Below are positions 19,686 through 29,846 of a stretch of DNA of 64,000 bases, piece after piece. Position 1 is the stretch's first letter; each line of letters begins with the position of its first letter. The translations under genes were made by a program, and so were the position numbers. The notes below the pieces were generated by a model. That model did not search any database. It was not told the origin of the DNA and saw only the letters and a program-made list of their open reading frames with translations. The DNA comes from Silvanigrellaceae bacterium (GTDB taxonomy: Bacteria; Bdellovibrionota_B; Oligoflexia; Silvanigrellales; Silvanigrellaceae), in NCBI GenBank assembly GCA_044237915.1, contig JBIIEI010000012.1, positions 15,360 to 79,359 of the forward strand. The letters are read 5' to 3'.

Positions 19686-21113
19686 TCAACGTCGCTTTGT
19701 TTCGTTATTTAAGTTCGAGGGCTCCACCAGAGGAGGCTCCAACGAAACACCGCCAATCGATACATTTTGTGGCGGGGGAATCGGAGCATCGGGCGGATTG
19801 AATTTATCCTCGGGACCCAGTTGAACCAAGCCCTTCAGCGCTTCATTTTCCATCATCCCCTCGGTCAGACCATCGTTGCGGTCTTTTTGAGAATGCTCCA
19901 CGATTTCATCGTCGAAATCATCGCTCAGCACAGTGCCTAAAATCATTTCATCCATCATGCGCCCCGAGCGATTAAAGGACAGGGGATCGCTGCGACGATT
20001 GCCGCCCTTGCGCATTCCCGAGCCTTCGGAGCCTGTGGCACGCGTAGAATCTCCACTGCTGCTCAAAATAAGATTCGTGCCATCGGCTTTTGCGATCTTA
20101 ATTGGAGAGCTTGATGGAAAGCGCAGGCTTAAACGAGATTCCGTTGAGGCCAGCTTATTTTCGAGTTCTACATCCGAAACGGTGTTGCGGTGTGCGGAGT
20201 CTGTTTCGTAACGTCTGTCTACTTTAGGTCTGCGCCGCTCATTGCCCAAGTAAATACGTCTCGAACGAAACATATTCACAATGCGCAAGCTAAAGGCATT
20301 CATTTTTCGAAACAAAGAGCGCTCGATGGCGCGGGCAAACTGACCGCGATCCTGCGAAGGAAGTAACAAAGAGACCAGCAGTCGCCGGGCAGACTCTGCG
20401 GAATTTTGCACTTGCAGAGCACCTTCCCAGGCCAACGAAATTGTCCCGGTTTCTTCGCTCACCACAAGAACAACGGCATCGGTTTCCTCAGAAATCCCCA
20501 CCGCTGCACTGTGCCGGGTTCCCAGCTTTTTTCCTAGTCTTTGATTTTTAGACAAGGGTAAATGTGCAGAGGCGCAGGACAACCGATTTTTTTGCACGAT
20601 CACGGCACCATCGTGGAGCGGCGAAAAGGATTGAAAGATGCACACCAAGAGTTGTTCAGAAACCAAGGCATCCACTCGCACACTGTGATCATACAAGCGC
20701 TCGAGGCCAATGCTGCGCTCAAACACAATGATGGCGCCAATGCGATCGTGACTGAGATTTTTAGCGGCACTCACCACTTCGTCGATGACCCGAAGTCCTG
20801 AGCTTTCATCCAATCCCGAAACAAAGGGACTGCGTCCAAACCTTGTGAGCAGACGCCTGATGTCGTCTTGAAACAAAACGATGACGACAATAATAAATGA
20901 TGAGTAAAACTTACTGATAATCCAGTTGAGAGTTTCGAATTCTAACAGGCTCGACAAAATATAGGCAATAAAAATCACCAGCATCCCAATGAGGATTTGG
21001 GCTGCTCGCGTGCCTTTCAGGATGGCAATGATCTGATAAAGAAGCATTGCCACCAGTGAAATATCCAAGATGGATCGCAGGGTGAGCTGCGCAAAAAATT
21101 CTTTGAGATTCAT
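19686..21113 (-). CDS. cdaA: Diadenylate cyclase CdaA with a long low-complexity C-terminal extension
   Basis: Three N-terminal TM helices; DAC domain motifs (DGAIIV, HLPLSKNQRLGKKLGTRHSAAVGISEETDAVVLVVSEETGTIS). The ORF continues ~190 aa beyond the DAC domain into an S/R/D/E/P-rich tail. Confidence 0.8.
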   Translation of the reverse strand: MNLKEFFAQLTLRSILDISLVAMLLYQIIAILKGTRAAQILIGMLVIFIAYILSSLLEFETLNWIISKFYSSFIIVVIVLFQDDIRRLLTRFGRSPFVSGLDESSGLRVIDEVVSAAKNLSHDRIGAIIVFERSIGLERLYDHSVRVDALVSEQLLVCIFQSFSPLHDGAVIVQKNRLSCASAHLPLSKNQRLGKKLGTRHSAAVGISEETDAVVLVVSEETGTISLAWEGALQVQNSAESARRLLVSLLLPSQDRGQFARAIERSLFRKMNAFSLRIVNMFRSRRIYLGNERRRPKVDRRYETDSAHRNTVSDVELENKLASTESRLSLRFPSSSPIKIAKADGTNLILSSSGDSTRATGSEGSGMRKGGNRRSDPLSFNRSGRMMDEMILGTVLSDDFDDEIVEHSQKDRNDGLTEGMMENEALKGLVQLGPEDKFNPPDAPIPPPQNVSIGGVSLEPPLVEPSNLNNETKRR

Positions 21114-21122
21114 TCACCCTCA

Positions 21123-21869
21123 TCACATTTTGTCGATCGCAGTGCCTGGGGGAGGGACAAATTCAAATCGTGCTTTGTCAACGGAGCCCTTCGCAAAATC
21201 TTCGAAAACGACTCTTGTGCGATTTCCATTTTGATAAACAACACGCAACTCTTCAATGACTCCTCGTTGTTTCTGTATGACAAGGTACATGCGATCCTGA
21301 TTCGTCTTTTCCCTCGGCACCAGTTTAACAAGCAAAGTCCCTGGAGAGGGAGCCGGAGGAATGTCGGACATCACGGCACTTGTTGCCGGAGTTGTTTCCT
21401 TTTCGGGCTTACTTTCGAGAATCCAAGGATTCACTTGATAGCGCTTCGCCAGGGTTCCAGGCTTCAAAATGATGTCAAGAAACTCAAGCTCCCCTGCATC
21501 GGCGGGCAGGCGCTGAGCATGCCTTGTTGCTTCTGTGTACTTCCAAAAATCTTTCTCGTTGTTCACATACACTTCGCGCCGCTTGGGACGTTCAACTTCC
21601 CAACGAAACATGCGAGGCGGTACAAAGTCGAGAGTTCCTTTGGAAGGTGTCACTTTATTCATGAGAGAGGAAAAGACCTCTTGCTTGAACTTCACAGAAA
21701 AATCCGTTCGCTTTTCCGTCAACTTCTGAATCTTCTCAAGTTCAGCAATGACAGCCTGACTCGATTCCTGTGCAAAAGCAGGCGCAGAAAAAGGGGCCAA
21801 CCTCTCATCAATCGTAACAAGAGCGAGGGCAAGAAGTACAGCAGGGAACGAAACAAACTTAATTTTCAT
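21123..21869 (-). CDS. LolA-family outer-membrane lipoprotein carrier-like protein
   Basis: Signal peptide; LolA-like pattern including RMFRWEV and C-terminal FEFVPPPGTAIDK (cf. LolA FTFTPPQGVTVDD); ATG 21869. Confidence 0.55.
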   Translation of the reverse strand: MKIKFVSFPAVLLALALVTIDERLAPFSAPAFAQESSQAVIAELEKIQKLTEKRTDFSVKFKQEVFSSLMNKVTPSKGTLDFVPPRMFRWEVERPKRREVYVNNEKDFWKYTEATRHAQRLPADAGELEFLDIILKPGTLAKRYQVNPWILESKPEKETTPATSAVMSDIPPAPSPGTLLVKLVPREKTNQDRMYLVIQKQRGVIEELRVVYQNGNRTRVVFEDFAKGSVDKARFEFVPPPGTAIDKM

Positions 21870-21983
21870 GGGAAGTCCTTCGCTGGACAACGAATAAGGC
21901 ACACGTTCTGTCAAGCAAAGAATCTTCTTCAGGGCGGGTGTTTGTCAACAAGATCTCACAGAAATCGCAGGATGGCGCATAAA

Positions 21984-22583
21984 TCAACGCAAAATCTGAC
22001 GTTGCCATTCTTCGAGGGAGCGCACGATTTGAAAGAGCGCCGAGGGAGGCGCAGCAAAACCGTGAATATGCACTTTTTCGAGCCACGCGATGAGCGGCGA
22101 ATAGAAATCAAAAGGGTCTAAAATAAAGAGGGGTTTTTGCATGAGGCCCAAGGCATTCCACGTGATGGCTTCAAAGAGTTCGTCGAGAGTTCCCATGCCC
22201 CCTGGTAAAACCAAAAAGGAATCAGACTCCGAAAACATGACATCTTTTCGCACGGCCATGGATTCCACCATACGCAATTCCTGCAGTCCGGGGTGACTGA
22301 TTTCGCCACGAAACAAGCCGCCTGGAAGCACTCCCAACACCTGTCCCCCTTGGGCAAGGCAGCCATCGGCGACTCTTCCCATCATACCGTCCCTAGAACC
22401 GCCATAGACGAGCCTGAAGTTTTGCCGTGCCAGTGCTTCACCCGTTGCGGTTGCAAGCTCTAAAAAACGAGGATCGGTACCATCACGCGCCGAACAAAAC
22501 ACACAGACCGAAGCCAACCATTGCGCACTTTTTTCTGTTGAACTCAAAACCACGGCCTGTTCCTTTTCGTCAAATATTGGCAA
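21984..22583 (-). CDS. LOG-family cytokinin riboside 5'-monophosphate phosphoribohydrolase-like protein
   Basis: VFCSA…RLVYGGSRDGMMG…PGGMGTLDELFEAITW motifs of TIGR00730/LOG. Confidence 0.8.
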   Translation of the reverse strand: MPIFDEKEQAVVLSSTEKSAQWLASVCVFCSARDGTDPRFLELATATGEALARQNFRLVYGGSRDGMMGRVADGCLAQGGQVLGVLPGGLFRGEISHPGLQELRMVESMAVRKDVMFSESDSFLVLPGGMGTLDELFEAITWNALGLMQKPLFILDPFDFYSPLIAWLEKVHIHGFAAPPSALFQIVRSLEEWQRQILR

Positions 22584-23604
22584 CCTGCAAGGTCACTGGA
22601 GTGACTTCCAGTTCCACTGATTTTTCAGAAACTAATTTGCGTGGCGCTTGTGCGAGCATGGTTCCACCGATGAGCCCTAAAAAGGAAACAAGGTGGATCA
22701 CAGAAGGCACCTTTCCTCCCAGAGATGAACAGAGCAGCAATGTCAAAAGAAAAGTCGAAGTCCAGGTGCACGAAACTACGCTGGATGGAAGCACGCGGCT
22801 CGCTTGCCCCAGCCACAAAAATCGATACGACATTGCCACCATTCCAAAGACAATAAAGGGCATAACGCTTGTTAAGCTCAAATTCAAATCGTTCGCCTGG
22901 GCCGAAAAAACCCGCAGGGTTCCAAAAAAGACAACTTGTAGAACAGCCATCGCAGGAAGTGTGATAAAAACCGCCCCCAATGACGCCCATGACCAATAGC
23001 TTGCGGCGGGAAATCCATGGGCTGCAGGCGTAAAGAGCGAAAATGCAAGGGCCCAACTCACGCTTCCTAAAAACACCAAAGCATCAGAAAGGAAGTGCGG
23101 ATTCAAACTCAAAATCTGTTCACTGTCTGAAAGTGCTGCAAAGGGATCGCACACCATCCAAAAGGCGCACACGGCAACCCCTAAGAGCATGCCGATGCGC
23201 TGGCTTAATGTAACATCTTCGTTGCAAATCAAGCGCCGCCCCGCAAGGACAGCTATCGGGCCAAAAGCCAGAAAAATCCCCGCACTGAGAGGGCTGGAGC
23301 CCAAGCACACGCCCAGGATCGACAATGAGATTCCCACTGACAAAAAGAATGCCGACAGCACGATGGAGCGCACCTGCTCTCTGCGAAAGTAAATGGAAAA
23401 TCCGAGATCGCGAATGTTACGTAAATTATAAAGAAACATCCCCGACACCATGGCCACTGCCACAGCAGCAAACGGGGAAAGCCCTAAAGACGCCCCGAAG
23501 GAAATCGCCACCATCGTGAGTGCATACAGAAACCCAAAAGTTCCAGCAGAGCACCATGCGGTGTATTGAGCAAGCCTGCGACCCTTCATGCTAGTTGACT
23601 CCAA
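22570..23604 (-). CDS. Integral membrane protein, probable DMT/EamA-like transporter
   Basis: ~10 predicted TM helices in two repeated halves; no catalytic motifs. Confidence 0.4.
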   Translation of the reverse strand: MESTSMKGRRLAQYTAWCSAGTFGFLYALTMVAISFGASLGLSPFAAVAVAMVSGMFLYNLRNIRDLGFSIYFRREQVRSIVLSAFFLSVGISLSILGVCLGSSPLSAGIFLAFGPIAVLAGRRLICNEDVTLSQRIGMLLGVAVCAFWMVCDPFAALSDSEQILSLNPHFLSDALVFLGSVSWALAFSLFTPAAHGFPAASYWSWASLGAVFITLPAMAVLQVVFFGTLRVFSAQANDLNLSLTSVMPFIVFGMVAMSYRFLWLGQASRVLPSSVVSCTWTSTFLLTLLLCSSLGGKVPSVIHLVSFLGLIGGTMLAQAPRKLVSEKSVELEVTPVTLQVANI

Positions 23605-23674
23605 TCACAAGACAAGAGAAGAATTTCTTGAAAGCAAACGTCTGACAACGGCACGCGTAGCAAAAGGTATAACC

Positions 23675-25300
23675 ATGCGCCACAAAAAAACGCCCCTCCA
23701 GCAGGGCGTTCCAAGTTTCAGCAAAAAACCCGTGTTAAGTTGTTTCTTTTTTTTGGTGTCGCTTCCTTCGTGCGGATATTTTCGCTCGGAATTTTTGGAA
23801 AAAGGCGACCCCCTGATTCCAAGCTTACAGCGTCAAGATTTTTCATCTGAGCTTCAACCTGTAGACTTAATTAAAGATACAGAAAACGACCTAGCTGACG
23901 ATCGCGCAGCCGCACAAGCCACATTGAAAAGCGCTGGAGTGGTGCGAGAAACTCTTGTTGAAGGAGACAAAGCACAAAGGGAGATCTCTGAAATCTTGAG
24001 GACTTCTGGAATTCCCGAACTTTTGGCAACAGCGCCTGCACGCCCAGCTCAGGAGGACATTGAAAAAGCCAGAGTTCTTGAGGCACAGCGGGTTAAACAG
24101 GAATTTGATCTCAAGGATGCCGCAGAACTCGAAGCAAAACTCGCTGAATTCAAACCTCGTCCGGAAAAAATCCTTACCGTAACAACACTTTCGAATCCCC
24201 TTTTCGACCGCGTTGTTACAAACGTAAAGACACTCTCTCCATCTCGTTTTCCTAAGATCTATGCTGCTCCATTAAAGCTCTACGCCCCTGCTGGGGAACT
24301 CGTTCGCAATGCCGAAGGCGAACCCACTCTGGGAGCTGCCGATCATTTTCGCAAGATGGGGGCCAACTCCCCAAGGGAAATCTTGCTCCACGAATCCTTT
24401 GCCATGAAGGAATTGGGCGTCTATGCGCGATCCTTCTATAAGAGTGATGCCGAGTTTTTTCAGACCGCACTCCAGTGTGTCCATGCCACCCCCCTCCTGG
24501 ACGATGGATCCAAAGCGGGGGATTCCGTGGTGTGGGCGCGCGCCTTTGTGTGGGAGCGCAGTACGCGGGTTGGAGGTGGAATTTCTCGCCATAGCCTTCG
24601 AAACGTGCTGTTAAAAGATGGCCTTCTCAAAGCAGAAGGGCAGTCTCAATCTTATGCTCCCGTCATCACCCACGCGGAAGCCGTCGAAAGGGTGCGCGTC
24701 ACCAATAAAAATTCACTTATCGATGCCGTTGTGGCGCGCCTGCAACACGATGGAACACAGTCACAGCATATTTCTCGTTACTTTCGTGACTCTGGGGGAC
24801 TTTACCTATCACGTTTTTTTGGATTTACACAAAACCCCACAAGCTACAAACGCACTTTCGCGACCTTTCAAACGAGCTTCAACAAGCAATTTTTTGAAAT
24901 TACGGGTGAACGGACCAATGTGGGCACCGTCGAACCCTTATCTGCAAAGCAAAAAGAGTGGCTCGATTTTCTTGAAAAGAAAAAAGAGTGGACCGAAAAG
25001 CTGCCGGGAAGCCGATGGCTTTCAACGTTTCCCTTTCGCCGAGAAAACTTCGATGGCAACAGCCCTTTGCCCGGCCAAAACAAAGACTTTGAAAAAGGCG
25101 GGATCCACTTCATCGATCCCAAGGCAGAAACCTTTGAAAGCAACTATTTCGATTTTTTAGTGAGCTCCCCGGCACAAGGTTTTGTTACTTTTGCAAACGT
25201 GCTTCCTCCGCTCACGCAGTCCGACAAATCCGATGCCGCCGATGCGATCTGCCAAGCCGCTTTTGTGCAGGCACTCCCTGCCGCTGTATCCGTGCCATAA
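23675..25300 (+). CDS. Large hypothetical lipoprotein
   Basis: ATG 23675 with AAAAGG RBS; signal peptide with lipobox-like LPSCG; 540 aa with no recognisable domain. The ORF track opens upstream at 23588. Confidence 0.5.
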   Translation: MRHKKTPLQQGVPSFSKKPVLSCFFFLVSLPSCGYFRSEFLEKGDPLIPSLQRQDFSSELQPVDLIKDTENDLADDRAAAQATLKSAGVVRETLVEGDKAQREISEILRTSGIPELLATAPARPAQEDIEKARVLEAQRVKQEFDLKDAAELEAKLAEFKPRPEKILTVTTLSNPLFDRVVTNVKTLSPSRFPKIYAAPLKLYAPAGELVRNAEGEPTLGAADHFRKMGANSPREILLHESFAMKELGVYARSFYKSDAEFFQTALQCVHATPLLDDGSKAGDSVVWARAFVWERSTRVGGGISRHSLRNVLLKDGLLKAEGQSQSYAPVITHAEAVERVRVTNKNSLIDAVVARLQHDGTQSQHISRYFRDSGGLYLSRFFGFTQNPTSYKRTFATFQTSFNKQFFEITGERTNVGTVEPLSAKQKEWLDFLEKKKEWTEKLPGSRWLSTFPFRRENFDGNSPLPGQNKDFEKGGIHFIDPKAETFESNYFDFLVSSPAQGFVTFANVLPPLTQSDKSDAADAICQAAFVQALPAAVSVP

Positions 25301-25361
25301 AGCTGCCATTCAAACTTGCAACTCCGTTGTTCCAGCGCAAAGCTAGCTGAGATGATTTTCC

Positions 25362-27014
25362 ATGCAAAAAAGGACCTCAAATGGTTCCGTGTGGACTTGC
25401 TCGTGCCGGAGAATCCCAATGCCACAAGCTGTGACTTTAGACTCTCCTATCGAAGCTTCAGTGCCCGCTTTTCGGGGCGCAGCCTCGTGCTCCGAAGTCG
25501 AGGCATTTTTAAGAAAGTCATTGCCAAACTCCAGTGCGGGACAAAGCACGCAACCCCTTGCTCGAAGTGCGCGTGCTGTGACTTTTACGTCGGGCACAGA
25601 GACCGCAAACCCGGTGCAGCTACAGGGAAATACGCTTTATTCCTTGTCTCAAAATTTCTTGCACTTCACGAGGTTGTTACCGGATGGGTTCTTTAAAGCT
25701 CTTGGAAAAATGCCGCTTGGTAAAGTGATTCCTAATGCACTTGTTGCTGATGGAAAAGGCTTGGTTGCTGTTTTTTCATCGCTGTTACCCGATGACGAGA
25801 CCTCAGCTCAACCTGAATTTCCCAAGCTTTGGAATGCAAGCATCCCAAGGTTTCGCATTCAAATTCTCGATGCCAAAGATCCTGGGCACGTTAAAATCAA
25901 AGGCGAATTCGAATTTCAGGGCACTCCTTCTGCAACGCGCCTGCACGGATCAAACCTGAGGTTTATCGTAACATCACCCTTAAATGCTTTACCAGAGGCC
26001 CCTTCCGTTACTTCCCACACTGCGGATGCGCTGTTACCTAAGGTATTGATGCACTCTGCGGAAGGCAAAAAAAGTGTGCTTGCCTTACAAGCGCAAAACT
26101 GCAGTAATGTCTTAATTCCGCAGGCTGCGCACACTTTAGCCGCCACTTCGCTTTTGGACCTGGATTTGAATCAGTTGGAACTCAGCGGAAAAATCCTTCT
26201 CACGCAGTCGGAGATGGTACACTCTGCTTCGGAAAAATCTGTTTACCTCTTGCACTCCGAGCGCACAGAACCAGAAAATCAACTCCTGCAAACCTTTTTT
26301 CATAAAATCAGTGTGTCTGCCAAATCAGGTTGGCACCCCCAAACCAGTGGACAAGTGCCGGGACAAAGTTCACAGGGCAATCCATTTGAAAATGCAGAAA
26401 GCCGCTTGCGCATTGCAACATTTATTGCAAACGACTCTGGGAACACAAACAAAATTCCCCTTCTGCAAATGGGCAATCTCGACCTGCAAGGCCTTTCTCC
26501 GTTTGCCCTGCCACTCGAGAAAAATAAGTTTGTCTTGCTAGGGACTACAGAACTTGTGCGTGAAAATGCACGCAAAGCAAGCGCAATGCAGCTGCGCATG
26601 TTTGACTTTCGATCTGTAAAAAATCCAAAGCTTCTTTCAACGCATACCTTTGAACCGCACTTTACTTCGGATGCACGCTGGGATCACCAAGCACTGGCAT
26701 GGGATTTGGCAAGTTCAACCCTGGCATTCCCTGTCGTTACCAACCATCGAAACAGCCCCACCACTCCGGATCTGCAAAGTCAGGTTTTTATTTTTCAGAT
26801 TAATGAAAAAAAGGGCATTAAATCTCTGGGAAGCCTGTTGATGTCAGACTTAAAGCCTCGAACCCAAGAAAGTGCAGAGTTGTGGCTTGAAAATGCATTT
26901 GCGCAGCGCACGGTGTTTAAAAATGGGATGGTTTATGCCATTTCACAATATGGAATTCGCAGCGCCCGCATTCAGTCACCTCATCGACTTCAGGCGACGC
27001 ACGTGTTTCCTTAA
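25362..27014 (+). CDS. Large hypothetical protein
   Basis: 550-aa ORF with protein-like composition and no recognisable motifs. Alternative ATG 25419 has a better GGAGA RBS. Confidence 0.45.
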   Translation: MQKRTSNGSVWTCSCRRIPMPQAVTLDSPIEASVPAFRGAASCSEVEAFLRKSLPNSSAGQSTQPLARSARAVTFTSGTETANPVQLQGNTLYSLSQNFLHFTRLLPDGFFKALGKMPLGKVIPNALVADGKGLVAVFSSLLPDDETSAQPEFPKLWNASIPRFRIQILDAKDPGHVKIKGEFEFQGTPSATRLHGSNLRFIVTSPLNALPEAPSVTSHTADALLPKVLMHSAEGKKSVLALQAQNCSNVLIPQAAHTLAATSLLDLDLNQLELSGKILLTQSEMVHSASEKSVYLLHSERTEPENQLLQTFFHKISVSAKSGWHPQTSGQVPGQSSQGNPFENAESRLRIATFIANDSGNTNKIPLLQMGNLDLQGLSPFALPLEKNKFVLLGTTELVRENARKASAMQLRMFDFRSVKNPKLLSTHTFEPHFTSDARWDHQALAWDLASSTLAFPVVTNHRNSPTTPDLQSQVFIFQINEKKGIKSLGSLLMSDLKPRTQESAELWLENAFAQRTVFKNGMVYAISQYGIRSARIQSPHRLQATHVFP

Positions 27015-27064
27015 AGTGTGCCTCTTTCATTTGTCACAGACTTTTTCATGCAGGAATTTTTCAC

Positions 27065-28096
27065 ATGCCTTTGTTCTCGGTCCCTTTCGAAACACCTTGT
27101 GAGTCTCCTGTTAAAGTCGGTTTCTACGGCGACATTTATGTAACCTCGAAATATCACTCCGTCGATACAAAGATTTTTTCGAATATGCGTCCATTGCTCG
27201 ATTGGGCAGATTTTAATGTGGCAAACCTTGAGGGTGCAATCACAACTTCAAACCGCAAGGCATTTCCAACCTTTCCCTTTGCGCTTAAAATTGATCCCAA
27301 AATACCGGCAGTGCTCACACAGATTGGAATTCGCCATCTCACCCGTGCCAATAATCACGCCATGGATTATGGGGTCGAAGGTCTGCGCGAAACAGATGCA
27401 GCGCTGCGTGCAGAAGGATTAACATGGGCAGGTACTGGCGAAAACATTGCAGCCGCCATGGAACCTTTTGTGCTTGAGAAGAATGCGATTCGCATTGCCG
27501 TCTTTTCTTTTTCCCTGACTTACCCAAGCGGTGCGTGGGCAAATGTCAAAAATCCAGGAACAGCTTACTATACACTTGAGCGGGCAAAACCCCTTTTGGA
27601 AGAATACAAAACCAAAGTGGATTTCGCGATTCCCATTTTTCATTGGGGCGCAGAGGGCAGCCGCACACCGCGCGACTATCAACCCCTCATTGCAAAGCAG
27701 ATGGTGAGAGCTGGGGCTGATTTTGTGCTCGGCCACCATGCGCACATTGCGCAAAACATTGAAGTTGTAGAAGGCAAACCCGTTGCGTATGGTCTGGGAA
27801 ACTTCTTTTTTAGCTCAAGAACCGATCGCGACGAACCGAGCATGGGCGCCTTGGTGCAGTTCTGTAAAAATCCCAAGATCAAAGGCAGCACTGCCGAAAT
27901 CATCTACGTTCCTTTAGACACTTATAATGTGCGCACGGGGTTCATGACCACCCCTTTGACTCTTCCTGCCTTTCTCAAAGCCTTTGAGCCCTATGCACGT
28001 CAGAACCTGCTTGCCAAAGATGCGAAGTTTTTTATTCCCTCAGAAAATCGAGCGCAGACCTTTGAATCCTGGAAAAAGGAAAGTAAAAGGCAATGA
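27065..28096 (+). CDS. CapA/PGA_cap family metallophosphatase-like protein
   Basis: CapA pattern (ANLEGAIT…RANNHAMDYGVEGL…HWGAEGSRTPRDYQ…VLGHHAHIAQ…GLGNFFF). Confidence 0.75.
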   Translation: MPLFSVPFETPCESPVKVGFYGDIYVTSKYHSVDTKIFSNMRPLLDWADFNVANLEGAITTSNRKAFPTFPFALKIDPKIPAVLTQIGIRHLTRANNHAMDYGVEGLRETDAALRAEGLTWAGTGENIAAAMEPFVLEKNAIRIAVFSFSLTYPSGAWANVKNPGTAYYTLERAKPLLEEYKTKVDFAIPIFHWGAEGSRTPRDYQPLIAKQMVRAGADFVLGHHAHIAQNIEVVEGKPVAYGLGNFFFSSRTDRDEPSMGALVQFCKNPKIKGSTAEIIYVPLDTYNVRTGFMTTPLTLPAFLKAFEPYARQNLLAKDAKFFIPSENRAQTFESWKKESKRQ

Positions 28097-28168
28097 TGAG
28101 CAAAAGTGCAATTCCATTTGCCGTGCACCGCACGCACCGGAATTTAATAAACGCTGAGAGGAGTCTTT

Positions 28169-29779
28169 GTGCAAAAGCTTTCCCTTCCCCTTCCAGAGAA
28201 TGAAGCCATCGAAAACATCCGCCACAATGATGAAGCTTGGAAAAAGTTTTCAGAGGCCGTCAAAAATGTTCCTAAAGGCCTTGATATTCCCATGATCATT
28301 GGTGGAAAAAAGATCTATTCCACTCAAAAAAGTAACAATATTAATCCCAGCAATTTAGAGATTTTGGGAACTTATCAAGAGGCCACCGCCGAGCACGCAG
28401 ACCTTGCCGTCAAAGCCGCCTTGGAAGCAAAAGCCAGTTGGGCCGCATTGAGCCCCTCTGCACGCATTCAAAAGTTTCGAGATTTAGAAGTTGTATTACT
28501 GAAGTGGAAGTACGAAACATGCGCCACGGCAGCCGTGGAATGTGGCTACAATGCCTTAGAAACTTCGGTCAGTTGGTCTGAGATGATCGATTTTGTGCGC
28601 TTTAATAATTACTTTTACAGTGAACTCCTTGCTGAACAATTGGGCGACGGCATTCAAGAAACCAATCAGCTCACCTTAAGGCCCCTCAAGGGCTTTACGT
28701 GCGCTGTGACCCCTTTTAATTTTCCCATTGCCATCGGCTACAACCTTCCTCTCGTGATGGCCCTTACGGGCAATACTGTCATTTGGAAACCCAGCCAAGA
28801 AGCCACGCTCACCAGTTACGTTTTGATGCTTGCCCTCGATGAAGCGGGATTTCCACCGGGTGTTATTAATTTCGTGACCGGAGAAGGTCCTGCCTTTCTG
28901 CCCCAAATCTTTAAGCACCCCGAACTCACCTGCTTAAATTTCACGGGCAGCTTTCAAACGGCGCGCATCTTTGGAAATTATCTTTACAACACCGAATTCC
29001 CGCGCCAAAACTTTCCGCGCTTTGTGGCTGAAACCGGGGGCAAAGACTTCCTTGTGGCCGACAAAGACATCGACGTCGTCGATACCGCGACGGCCATCCT
29101 GCAAGGAGCGTTTGGACGCAGTGGACAAAAATGCTCGGCAAACAGCGTAGTGCTTGCCCACGAAGCCGTTTGGCCACGCCTTAAAGACGAATTAATTAAG
29201 CAAGCCAAAGCCCTCGCGATGAAAAACCCCGTTGAACGTGATGCCGATTTAGGCCCCGTGATTAACGAAAAAGCATTTCAGCGCATTGCGGCAGCACTAG
29301 ATCGCGCACAAAAAGACCCTGCTTGCAAAATTTTGGTGGGCGGAAAAGCAAACAAAGAAAAGGGTTATTATGTTGAACCCACTTTTGTGGAAGTCAATGC
29401 CGATAAACATGATTTATTAAGCGTAGAACTCTTTGGACCTGTGACGGCCATCAAAACATTTAGGTCGATCGAAGAGGCCAAAGCTCTCATCGAACAGCAT
29501 CCTTATCGCCTCACAGGCGCAGTCATCAGCCGCAACGAAACATTTCTTGAGCAAGCGATCCCTGTGCTTTCTCAGCTCGCCGGAAATTTTTATGTGAACC
29601 GCAAAACCACGGGCGCCATGGTGAATCAACAACCCTTTGGCGGCGACGGCGCAAGCGGCACAAACGGCAAAGCGGGCGGAAGATGGTACCTTTTGAATTT
29701 CGTTTCGCAAGGGACCCTCACACGCCGTCACACCCGCACTACCACTCCCACGGCATTTGAAAAGTTTAAATCTTTTTAA
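28169..29779 (+). CDS. Aldehyde dehydrogenase family protein, likely 1-pyrroline-5-carboxylate dehydrogenase
   Basis: ALDH catalytic region FVAETGGKDF… and the Cys motif GQKCSANS; length and N-terminal region typical of P5CDH; GTG start with GAGAGGAG RBS. Confidence 0.7.
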   Translation: MQKLSLPLPENEAIENIRHNDEAWKKFSEAVKNVPKGLDIPMIIGGKKIYSTQKSNNINPSNLEILGTYQEATAEHADLAVKAALEAKASWAALSPSARIQKFRDLEVVLLKWKYETCATAAVECGYNALETSVSWSEMIDFVRFNNYFYSELLAEQLGDGIQETNQLTLRPLKGFTCAVTPFNFPIAIGYNLPLVMALTGNTVIWKPSQEATLTSYVLMLALDEAGFPPGVINFVTGEGPAFLPQIFKHPELTCLNFTGSFQTARIFGNYLYNTEFPRQNFPRFVAETGGKDFLVADKDIDVVDTATAILQGAFGRSGQKCSANSVVLAHEAVWPRLKDELIKQAKALAMKNPVERDADLGPVINEKAFQRIAAALDRAQKDPACKILVGGKANKEKGYYVEPTFVEVNADKHDLLSVELFGPVTAIKTFRSIEEAKALIEQHPYRLTGAVISRNETFLEQAIPVLSQLAGNFYVNRKTTGAMVNQQPFGGDGASGTNGKAGGRWYLLNFVSQGTLTRRHTRTTTPTAFEKFKSF

Positions 29780-29793
29780 ATGCCGCGAAAAAA

Positions 29794-29821
29794 CCTGGAG
29801 AACGGCATTCTCCAGGTTTTT
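29794..29821 (+). terminator. Rho-independent terminator, bidirectional between convergent genes
   Basis: Perfect 9-bp inverted repeat CCTGGAGAA/TTCTCCAGG with a 5-nt loop followed by TTTTT, 15 nt after the P5CDH stop. Confidence 0.7.
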
Positions 29822-29846
29822 AAAGAGGAACGAAGCGGGAGATTTA

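Noticed and set aside
21231-22121. 296-aa plus-strand ORF spanning the LolA-like and LOG genes
   Set aside because: Arg/His-rich, and antisense to two motif-supported genes; spurious.
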